From: Candidatus Latescibacterota bacterium
Lineage (GTDB): Bacteria; Latescibacterota; UBA2968; UBA8231
Assembly (NCBI GenBank): GCA_965248355.1
Contig: OZ252098.1
Span: 4,416,001 to 4,480,000, forward strand
Reading direction: 5' to 3'
DNA: 64,000 nt
A program made the position numbers and the translations under genes. Below are positions 1 to 8,140 of this stretch, one piece after another (the first letter of the stretch is position 1; each line of letters begins with the position of its first letter). Under the pieces are notes generated by a model. The model saw only the letters and a list, made by a program, of their open reading frames with translations. It did not search any database and was not told the origin of the DNA.

Positions 1-1
1 C

Positions 2-2098
2 GCCCGCGCCCGGCTGACCGACCCCGCCCGCGTGCGCCTGGTCGGGGCCGCGGGGGAGGCGGTCCCCCTGCAGACGCGGGTGCTGACCCGTTGGGACGAC
101 GGCAGCGTGCGCTGGCTGCTGCTCGATTTCCCGGCCCGGCCGGAAGACCTGGAGAGCGGGCTCACGCTCGAGTACGGCGAGGAGGTGGAGCCGCCGCCGG
201 CCGCCGGGGGTCTCACCGCCGTCGACGACGGGGAGGGCGTGAGCGTCGACACGGGGGTGCTTCGCTTCCGCGTCCGCCGCGGCGGCCAAGCCCTGATCGA
301 GGCGGTCGATCTGACGGACCGCCGCCTGGCCGAGGGTCTCGTGGCCCGCGTCGTCACCCGCGACGGCTGGGAGCGCAGCCGCTATCGGGCCGTGGCCGAT
401 TCCGTGTCCGTGGAGGAGGCCGGATCCGAGCGCGTCACCGTGCTCGCCGCCGGCATGCTGGCCGCGGACGGCCGGACCCTGGGACGGTTCACCCTGCGCG
501 CCCACGCCTACCGCGGCCGGCCCTGGATCCGCCTGTTCTTCCGCCTCTTCAACGACACCGGCGCGCCGGCGCAGCTGGTGGAGGAGATCTCCCTGCGCCT
601 GGAGACCGGCTTGAGGGACGGGGATGCGGTGGCCGGGTCGCACCGCTCGCCCACCGGCGACTCGGAGATGGAGCGCCTGCTGGTGCGCCAGCACCGCGCC
701 GACGGCTTCGAGGTCTTCGGAGGCGACGACCGGCGCTGGGAGCGGGGCTCCCACTGGGAGGCGCCCATGTCCCTGGAGGCCGGGGGCCGGGGCGTGGCCG
801 GGATGGTGAGGCACTTCCGCCAGCTCTATCCGAAGCGGATGTGGGCCGGCCACGGAGGCCGGCTGGTCTTCGACCTGTTCACCCCCACCATCGAGTACGA
901 GCAGTACGTCATGTCCCGGGGGGAGGCGCGCCGCCACGAGCTGCTGCTCTGCTTCTACGAGGGGGGGCTCGAGCCCCACCTCCCCGCATTCGAGGCGTTC
1001 GCCCGGCCGCCGGCGCTGATCTCGCCGGAGTGGTACGCCGAGAACGGGGCTCTCGGCCTCGGCGCGCCCCTGACGGCCGGCTCGGACGGGCCCCTCCACG
1101 ACCTGATCGCCGCCGGTGGCGCCCCGGGCCTGGCCTGCACCCAGCCCCTCGGCCTGCGCAACTGGCCGGACCAGTACTCCGACTCCGTCTACTCGGCCTA
1201 CCGCGGCACCTGGGGGAACATGTACCAGGAGGTCGACTACGGCGCCCTGGCCGTCTCCCTGCTCGCGGGGCGGCGGGACTTCTTCGACTACGCCGAGGCT
1301 TACCAGCGCCACTTCATCGATCTGGACATCTGTCACCACCATCCCGACTCGACCTTCGTCGGCGCCAGCTACGGCATCGCGCCCTATCACACGGGCAGCC
1401 GGCCGTACGCCCTCAACGCGCCGGTGTCGGGCCTGTTCCTGCTCTGGTCGCTCACCGGCGACGAGGACGCCTTCGAGGCCGCCGCCGGCATCGCCGACTG
1501 GCTCGTGAGGGAGGGCATCGGTGTCGGCGCCGGGTCGGGGCGCGCCGCCGGCTGGCCCCTGCGCAGCGCCGTCATCGCCTGGGAGTACACCGGCCGCGAG
1601 CGCTACCTCGACTTCGCCGCCGGCCTCGCCGGCACGGTCCTCAAACAGCTCCATCCCCGTCTCGGCCACTTCAGCGAGCCACCCGCCACCTGGCACTACC
1701 GCGGCGGCGTCCCGGGGATGAACGCCGTCCTGGCGGCGGGCCTCATGCGCTACTGGCGGGCCACCGGCGACGAGGAGGTCGGCCGCGCCCTGTCGCAGCT
1801 CGCCCACAACATGGCCTACAGCTGGATGTCGCCCACCGAGCCGGGCTTCATCTACGGCAACGACCCCCTGCAGCACGTCTACCTGGTGGGCTATGCCCTC
1901 CAGGACGTGCTGCCCCTGTTCTGGGGTTACGAGCTGACGGGAGAGACGGCCTTCCTCGACAAGGCTCAGCAAGTGATGAAGGCCTGCATCCTGGCCGAGG
2001 AATTCCGCGGTCAGGCCCTGGGACTCAGCCGCTACTGGGAGTTGCAGGACGTCCTGCACTACAGGGCCGTCCATCGCCGGTTGCGGGCCGGTGGGTAA
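2..2098 (+). CDS. PcRGLX/YetA-like (exo-rhamnogalacturonan lyase-like) protein, 5'-partial
   Basis: Frame is open to the window edge. N-terminal 'PLQTRVLTRWDDGSVRWLLLDF', central beta-sandwich, C-terminal helical barrel-like region ('WGNMYQE', 'RHFIDLD', 'GRAAGWPL'). Paralogous to 10604..13132. Confidence 0.6.
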   Translation, partial: ARARLTDPARVRLVGAAGEAVPLQTRVLTRWDDGSVRWLLLDFPARPEDLESGLTLEYGEEVEPPPAAGGLTAVDDGEGVSVDTGVLRFRVRRGGQALIEAVDLTDRRLAEGLVARVVTRDGWERSRYRAVADSVSVEEAGSERVTVLAAGMLAADGRTLGRFTLRAHAYRGRPWIRLFFRLFNDTGAPAQLVEEISLRLETGLRDGDAVAGSHRSPTGDSEMERLLVRQHRADGFEVFGGDDRRWERGSHWEAPMSLEAGGRGVAGMVRHFRQLYPKRMWAGHGGRLVFDLFTPTIEYEQYVMSRGEARRHELLLCFYEGGLEPHLPAFEAFARPPALISPEWYAENGALGLGAPLTAGSDGPLHDLIAAGGAPGLACTQPLGLRNWPDQYSDSVYSAYRGTWGNMYQEVDYGALAVSLLAGRRDFFDYAEAYQRHFIDLDICHHHPDSTFVGASYGIAPYHTGSRPYALNAPVSGLFLLWSLTGDEDAFEAAAGIADWLVREGIGVGAGSGRAAGWPLRSAVIAWEYTGRERYLDFAAGLAGTVLKQLHPRLGHFSEPPATWHYRGGVPGMNAVLAAGLMRYWRATGDEEVGRALSQLAHNMAYSWMSPTEPGFIYGNDPLQHVYLVGYALQDVLPLFWGYELTGETAFLDKAQQVMKACILAEEFRGQALGLSRYWELQDVLHYRAVHRRLRAGG

Positions 2099-3821
2099 CG
2101 GCCTGCCCCTCGTGGCGGCCCGGATGCGCTGGATCCTGTCCGTGACGGCAGCCTGTCTCGCCGGCTGCACCGGGACGGCCGGCCCGCCACTGGAGAAGGC
2201 AGGGACGGCCAGCGCCGGCGGCGGGGCCGGGGAGACCGGCGCCGGCCCCCGCTTCACCGACGTCACCGACAAGGCGGGGATCCGCTTCCGGCACCGGGCC
2301 GGGGGCGGGGTCAAGGACTACATCGTCGAGGCGAAAGGCGGCGGCGGCGCCCTGTTCGACGCCGACGGGGACGGCTGGCTCGACCTCTACCTGGTCAACG
2401 GGGGCAGACTGGAGGAGGACGATCCCACCCCCCGGGACGCCCTCTACCTGAACCGGCGGGACGGCACCTTTGCCGAGGCCGCCCTGTCCGCCGATGTCGG
2501 CGAACGCTGGGGCATGGGGGCCTCGGCGGGGGACGTGGACAACGACGGCGATGCCGACCTCGTGGTCACCCATCTGGAGGGCGCCAGCCTCTACCGGAAC
2601 CTCGGTACGGATGGGGCGGTATTCGGGGCCGCCGCCGAAGCCCTGACCCTCGACCGCTGGTGCACGGGCGCCGCCTTCGCCGATTACGACCTGGACGGCG
2701 ATCTCGATCTCTACGTCGCCCGCTACGTCGACTTCGACGTCCACGAAATCCCTCCGCGCGCCGGCATGTGGAAAGGTCTGATGGTGTTCGCCGGGCCCAT
2801 GGGACTGCCCGCCAACGCGGACGCCCTCCTGCGCAACAACGGGGGCGCCTTCGTCGAGGTCAGCGAGGCCTCGGGGGTGGCCGAGGCCGCCCCCACCTAC
2901 GGCCTCGGGGTCGTCTTCACCGACTACGACGGCGACGGCGACGCCGATCTCTTCGTGGCCAACGACTCTGCGGCCAACTACCTGTTCCGCAATGACGGCG
3001 GCGCCGGCGAGGGACGCCGGTTCCGTGAGGTGGCCTGGGAGGCCCGCGTCGCCTTCAGCGCCGAGGGCACGGCCCAGGCCGGCATGGGCGTCGCCAGCGA
3101 CGATTACGACGGCGACGGCGACCGTGACCTCTTCGTCACTCACTTCGAGGACGACTACAACACCCTCTACCGCAATGACGGCGACGGCCGTTTCACCGTG
3201 GCTTCCCACGAGGCCGGGCTGGCGCTCGTGGGACTGCCGTGGCTCGCCTTCGGCACCTGCTTCCTCGACGCCGACAACGACGGCGACCTCGATCTGGTCG
3301 TCGCCCAGGGGCACGTCTATCCCCAGATCCGGCACCTCGACGCGCCGGGGTACGCGCAGCCCGATCACCTCCTGATGAACCTGGGTGCCGCGGCAGGGCA
3401 CCGCTTCGAGCCGGCACCCGGCGGAGACCTGGCGCGCCCCGGCGTCACCCGCGGCCTGATGAAGGGGGACTGGGACGAGGACGGCGACGTCGATCTGGTC
3501 GCCGTGAGGCTGGACGACCGGCCGGCCCTGCTGCGCAACGACGGACCTTCGCGGGGCCACTGGCTCATGGTCGACCTGGAAGGGACCGGGGCCAACCGCG
3601 ACGCCGTGGGCGCCCTCGTGACGGTGGTCGCCGGCGACCTGTCGCGGACGGTGGAGATCGCCGCCGGAGGCAGCTACCTGTCCCACAGCGACACCCGGGC
3701 TCACTTCGGTCTGGGGTCCCGGTCCGCGGTGGACGCCGTGGAGGTCCGCTGGCCCGGGGGCGACTCGCAGGCGCTGGGTCCGATGCCCGCCGATCGCCTC
3801 GTGCGGATCCACCAGCCGTGA
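2091..3821 (+). CDS. CRTAC1-family protein (FG-GAP/VCBS repeats + ASPIC/UnbV domain), probable lipoprotein
   Basis: Repeated D.D.DGD.DL motifs; C-terminal 'GGSYLSHSDTRAHFGLG...VEVRWP'; lipobox-like 'LAGC' after an alternative ATG at 2124. Confidence 0.85.
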   Translation: MGNGLPLVAARMRWILSVTAACLAGCTGTAGPPLEKAGTASAGGGAGETGAGPRFTDVTDKAGIRFRHRAGGGVKDYIVEAKGGGGALFDADGDGWLDLYLVNGGRLEEDDPTPRDALYLNRRDGTFAEAALSADVGERWGMGASAGDVDNDGDADLVVTHLEGASLYRNLGTDGAVFGAAAEALTLDRWCTGAAFADYDLDGDLDLYVARYVDFDVHEIPPRAGMWKGLMVFAGPMGLPANADALLRNNGGAFVEVSEASGVAEAAPTYGLGVVFTDYDGDGDADLFVANDSAANYLFRNDGGAGEGRRFREVAWEARVAFSAEGTAQAGMGVASDDYDGDGDRDLFVTHFEDDYNTLYRNDGDGRFTVASHEAGLALVGLPWLAFGTCFLDADNDGDLDLVVAQGHVYPQIRHLDAPGYAQPDHLLMNLGAAAGHRFEPAPGGDLARPGVTRGLMKGDWDEDGDVDLVAVRLDDRPALLRNDGPSRGHWLMVDLEGTGANRDAVGALVTVVAGDLSRTVEIAAGGSYLSHSDTRAHFGLGSRSAVDAVEVRWPGGDSQALGPMPADRLVRIHQP

Positions 3822-3920
3822 AGTCTCGCCGCCGGTTGCGGCTGCAAGGACGGCGGCCTACGTTGCCAACCGCCGCTTCCCGTCCCCCTTCCTAGCCGCC
3901 AGACCCAGCCGGCCGCCACC

Positions 3921-5882
3921 GTGCCGACCTCGTCCCACGCAGGGCCAACCTCCGCCCCGGGGCTGCGCGCCCTTCTCGTGGGGGCCGTCGGTTCGGTCGC
4001 CATCGGGGCCGGTGTGCCGTACTGCAACATGGTGCTGCACGGGTCCCGGATCGCCTCCTACTTCAACACCCCGGCGGCGATCATCCTCTTCTTCTTCCTG
4101 GTCATGTTCGTCAACACGGCCATCGGTCTGTTGCGGCGCGACTGGATGCTGAGACGCGCCGAGCTGGCCCTGGTCTACATCATGTGGATCGTGGCCACGG
4201 CGATCCCCGAGTGGGGGCTGACGGCCTTCCTGCTGCCCGACATCACCTCGCTGATCTACTACGCCACGCCGGAGAACGCCTGGAACGATCACCTGCTGCC
4301 CTCGGTGCCGGACTGGATCATCCCCCATCACGAGATGGAGGCCGTGCGCAGCTTCTACGAGGGCGCCCCCGAGGGCCGGGGCATCCCCTGGGGACTCTGG
4401 CTGCGCCCCCTGGTCTGGTGGCTCCCCTTCATCCTCGCTCTCTACGTGGCCATGATCTGCATCATGGCCATCCTGCAGAAGCAGTGGGTGGACCGGGAAC
4501 GGCTCGTCTACCCCCTGGTGCAGGTGCCCCTGTCGATGATCGAGGAGGACGAGGGGGATCGTCCCTCCCTGATCAAGCCGTTCTTCCGCAGCCGGCTGAT
4601 GTGGATCGGTTTCCTGGTGCCCGCCGTGGTGCAGTCCCTCAACGGCCTGAACCACTACTTGCCCTACATCCCCACGGTGCGGCTCGACTCGTCGATCCCC
4701 CTCTTCCGCGAAACCGTGTCGATCCCGATCCGGATCAGCTTCCAGATGCTGGGCTTCACCTACTTCGTCAATCGCGACATCGCCTTCGGCCTCTGCTTCT
4801 TCTTCCTGCTCAACACCTGCCAGCAGGGCATCTTCAACATCCTCGGACTGCAGAAGATCGATCCCGTCCTCGGCGTCTACAGCGCCTATACCGGCTCGAT
4901 CGTCGTGCACCAGGGGTTCGGCGCCATCATCGTCCTCGTCCTCTACGGGCTGTGGACGGCCCGCGGCCACCTGCGGGAGGTGGCCCGCAAGGCCCTGACC
5001 GGGGACCCCGGCATCGACGACTCGGGGGAGATCCTCTCCTACCGGGCCGCGGTGGTCCTGCTCTTCCTCAGCCTGACCTTCATGGGCGTGTGGCTGTGGC
5101 AGTCCGGGCTGCTGCCGTGGCTGACCGTGGTCTACCTGTTCTTCGCCTTCGTCCTCTTCCTCGGCATCACCCGGGTGGTCGCCGAGGGCGGGCTGGCCCA
5201 CATCTTCGCGCCCATGATCGCCTCCGACTTCGTGGCCGCCAACTTCGGCACCCGCACCCTGGGCTCGAGCGGCATCGTCGCCCTCGCCTTCACCTACATC
5301 TGGGCCAGCGACATCCTGACCTTCGTCATGGCCTCGGCCGCCAACGGCCTCAAGCTGGTGCAGGAGGCCATCCACCGGCGGCGGCGGCTCGTGTTCTGGG
5401 CCATGATGATCGCCATCCTTCTCGCCCTGGCCAGCTCGATCTGGTCGATCCTTCAGCTCGCCTATCAGTACGGGGGGATCAACACCGACCAGTTCTTCTT
5501 CGGCGGCGCCGCCCGCTACCCCTTCGACAACGCCGCGGCGCGCATCCAGAGCCTGGAGGGGCCGCACTGGGAGAACTGGATCTACACCGCCGTCGGCGGC
5601 GGCCTCATGGGCTTTCTCATGTGGGCCCGCCACCACTGGCTGTGGTGGCCCTTCCATCACCTCGGGTTCCCGATCAGCGCCGTCTTCGGCACCATGTTCT
5701 TCTCCGTCTTTCTCGCCTGGCTGTTCAAGACGGTGGTCCTGAGGTACGGAGGTCCCGCGCTCTACCTGCGCACGCGGCCCTTCTTCCTCGGTCTCATCCT
5801 GGGACAGTTCGTCACCGCCGGCGTGTGGTACGTCATCGACCACTTCACCGGCACCAGCGGCAACCCGGTGATGAGCTGGTGA
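3921..5882 (+). CDS. Polytopic membrane protein, DUF6785/DUF6784-type (putative transporter)
   Basis: 653 aa with many hydrophobic helices; motifs 'QWVDRERLVYPLVQVP', 'WWPFHHLGF', 'RYGG..LY..RPFFLGLILG'. Confidence 0.65.
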   Translation: MPTSSHAGPTSAPGLRALLVGAVGSVAIGAGVPYCNMVLHGSRIASYFNTPAAIILFFFLVMFVNTAIGLLRRDWMLRRAELALVYIMWIVATAIPEWGLTAFLLPDITSLIYYATPENAWNDHLLPSVPDWIIPHHEMEAVRSFYEGAPEGRGIPWGLWLRPLVWWLPFILALYVAMICIMAILQKQWVDRERLVYPLVQVPLSMIEEDEGDRPSLIKPFFRSRLMWIGFLVPAVVQSLNGLNHYLPYIPTVRLDSSIPLFRETVSIPIRISFQMLGFTYFVNRDIAFGLCFFFLLNTCQQGIFNILGLQKIDPVLGVYSAYTGSIVVHQGFGAIIVLVLYGLWTARGHLREVARKALTGDPGIDDSGEILSYRAAVVLLFLSLTFMGVWLWQSGLLPWLTVVYLFFAFVLFLGITRVVAEGGLAHIFAPMIASDFVAANFGTRTLGSSGIVALAFTYIWASDILTFVMASAANGLKLVQEAIHRRRRLVFWAMMIAILLALASSIWSILQLAYQYGGINTDQFFFGGAARYPFDNAAARIQSLEGPHWENWIYTAVGGGLMGFLMWARHHWLWWPFHHLGFPISAVFGTMFFSVFLAWLFKTVVLRYGGPALYLRTRPFFLGLILGQFVTAGVWYVIDHFTGTSGNPVMSW

Positions 5883-5986
5883 GGCGCGGGCCTCCAAGGG
5901 ATGGGCAGCGCCGGCTCCAAGGGCGAGACCGGCCCGCCGCGGCTGGTTGCGGGCGGCTTTCGGGCGTTCGTACCATCTCATCCGTC

Positions 5987-8140
5987 ATGTTCAGGCAAAT
6001 CCCGCATCGAAGCCCGCGTGCCTGGCTTTTCGCCGGGGCGGCCGCCGTCCTGATGGCCGGGACCCCGGCCGAGGGCTACAACGTCTACGGTCTGGGGGGG
6101 CAGCAGCCCAACCCGTGGACCGCGGCCCTCTCCTCCGAGCCGGGCGACTACCTCGTGGCCGGCCGCGACGGGCTGGGGACCCGGCGGGTGGCGGTGAGCA
6201 CTCTGACCTCCTACCCGACCTGGCGCGAGACCCTGGCCGTATCCGTCGACAGCACCGGCGGCCTGTGGCTGCGGCCCTTCTTCCTGCCCGACACCCTGAA
6301 CCTGGCCCGGGACGGCGTGCGCGACCGCATCACGCACGGCGTCCTGAACAACATCGCCATCAGCGGCTGCAACAACATCGTCTCCGCCGTGGTCGTGGTC
6401 CGGCCCATCTTCGACGGGGACCCCAGGACGGCCACCTTCTTCCGCGCCAGCACCACCGAGGACCCGCAGCTGCGGACCCAGTTCTACGTGCACAACACGG
6501 TCGTCGATCTGGGCGCCGACTTCCCCGTCAACCGGGTCCGCTTCTTCCCGCGGATCGGCCGGGACAACCCGAAGCTCGAGGAGATCCTGGCCGGCATGGA
6601 GCCGCCGCGCCTGAGGCCGGAGGACCTGGGCGAGCAGGACTTCTCCATCAACACCCTCCCGTGGTACGAGGTCTCCGTCGCGCCCCACTCGGCCAACTTC
6701 GCCGGCCACTGCTGGTGGCAGACTCCCACCCAGCGCTGGTTCCAGCGCATCAGCTGGACGAACCCGGAGCCCGATCCCCGCCTCGCCATCATCCGCCAGG
6801 AGCGGGAGAACTTCGACGTGGTGGTGGACCTCCGCTTCCCGACCCGCCCGCTGCAGTGGATCGCCTTCCGGCCCCTGGACCCCATCGCCAACTGGGAGAT
6901 GGCCGAGTTCCAGGTCTTCGGCGAGGGCTTCGTGCCCCGGGCGGTGTACACCACCGCCGTCCTCGACTTCGGCGAGCCCATGGCCTGGGGCCGGATCCGC
7001 TGGCGCGGGGAGCACGACCCGGAGGCCAAGATCATCATCCGCACCCGTTCCGGCTCCGACTCCGACCCCGACCGTTACTGGATACCGACGGTGATTCCCG
7101 GGATCGACGAGGAGCTGACCCGGGAGGAGTACAACCGGGCCGACATCGTCCCGCGCTTCATCACCCGAGACGAGGGCTGGAGCTTCTGGTCGGCGCCGTA
7201 CGCATGGGAGGCGGGCCTGCGGGACACTACGGTGAGCCCGGAGTCCTGGCTCGACGGGACGCCGATCCGCTCTCCCGGCCCGGCCCGCTACCTGCAGTTG
7301 CAGATGGTCCTCGAGTCGACTCTCACGGAGGCCGTGCGGCTGCAGGATCTCGAGATCCAGTTCGACCGGCCCTCGGCGTCGAGGGTGGTGGCCGAGATCT
7401 GGCCTCTCGACGTGCCGAGGACCGAGGTGACGACCTTCACCTACAGCCTCCGCCCGACCCTGGAGGACGGCCAGGGCTTCGACCGGCTCGAGGTCTTCAC
7501 CCTGACCCGGGTCGACACGATCCGCGCCGTGCGCGTCGACGGGGTGGCCATCGACGCCTCCGGGGCGACGGAGATCGCCGCCGACCGCTTCTTCGTCAGC
7601 CTGCCGCCCCTGCGCGACGCGAGGGACAGCTTCAAGCTCATCGAGGTCGAGTTCGACTCCCACGTGGTGCGCTACGGGACGCGGTTCGACGGCTGGATCT
7701 TCGACAGCGAGGGCGGCGGCGTGCGCCAGCAGGTGACCGAGGGCGACGCCACCGTTGACTATCCCGGCAACGCCCTCGGGGTCCGGACGGCGGATCTGGG
7801 CGCGTCCCCCCTGGCCTCGGTGCGGGCCTGGCCGAATCCCTTCAGCCCGAACGGGGACGGGATCAACGACGTCGCCTTCCTCCACTTCCGCGTGCACGAG
7901 CTCTCGATACCCCGACGCCTCACCGTCGACATCCACGACCTGTCCGGGCGCCGCGTGCGCCGGCTCGAAGAGCGCGAGGTCCGCCGAGGACTCTCCGGAG
8001 GCGCCATCCCCGCCCCCGCATGGGACGGACGCGACGACGGCGGCCAGCGGGTCTCCCCAGGTCTCTACCTCTACCGGATCCACCTCGACACGGATGCCTC
8101 CTCGAGCGTCGAAGCTGGATCGATCTCCGTGGCTTACTGA
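5987..8140 (+). CDS. Secreted protein with discoidin-like domain and C-terminal FlgD-Ig/CHU_C-like domain
   Basis: Start reassigned to ATG 5987 (MFRQIPHR... signal peptide ending 'PAEG'). Motifs 'FDGDPRT..VDLG..AEFQVFG', 'PNPFSPNGDGIND', 'WDGRDDGG..PGLYLY'; ends SVAY. Confidence 0.75.
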   Translation: MFRQIPHRSPRAWLFAGAAAVLMAGTPAEGYNVYGLGGQQPNPWTAALSSEPGDYLVAGRDGLGTRRVAVSTLTSYPTWRETLAVSVDSTGGLWLRPFFLPDTLNLARDGVRDRITHGVLNNIAISGCNNIVSAVVVVRPIFDGDPRTATFFRASTTEDPQLRTQFYVHNTVVDLGADFPVNRVRFFPRIGRDNPKLEEILAGMEPPRLRPEDLGEQDFSINTLPWYEVSVAPHSANFAGHCWWQTPTQRWFQRISWTNPEPDPRLAIIRQERENFDVVVDLRFPTRPLQWIAFRPLDPIANWEMAEFQVFGEGFVPRAVYTTAVLDFGEPMAWGRIRWRGEHDPEAKIIIRTRSGSDSDPDRYWIPTVIPGIDEELTREEYNRADIVPRFITRDEGWSFWSAPYAWEAGLRDTTVSPESWLDGTPIRSPGPARYLQLQMVLESTLTEAVRLQDLEIQFDRPSASRVVAEIWPLDVPRTEVTTFTYSLRPTLEDGQGFDRLEVFTLTRVDTIRAVRVDGVAIDASGATEIAADRFFVSLPPLRDARDSFKLIEVEFDSHVVRYGTRFDGWIFDSEGGGVRQQVTEGDATVDYPGNALGVRTADLGASPLASVRAWPNPFSPNGDGINDVAFLHFRVHELSIPRRLTVDIHDLSGRRVRRLEEREVRRGLSGGAIPAPAWDGRDDGGQRVSPGLYLYRIHLDTDASSSVEAGSISVAY

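Noticed and set aside
5892..5923. CTCCAAGGG direct repeat in an intergenic region
   Set aside because: Only two 9-bp copies; not a CRISPR array and plausible by chance.
4184..5986. N-terminal extensions making apparent giant proteins (4184..8140, 10604..14554, 17148..19973, 35074..38079, 35928..39215, 41040..44288)
   Set aside because: The extensions overlap bona fide upstream genes in another frame. True starts lie at stop/start overlaps or RBS-preceded codons, so these are not fusions.
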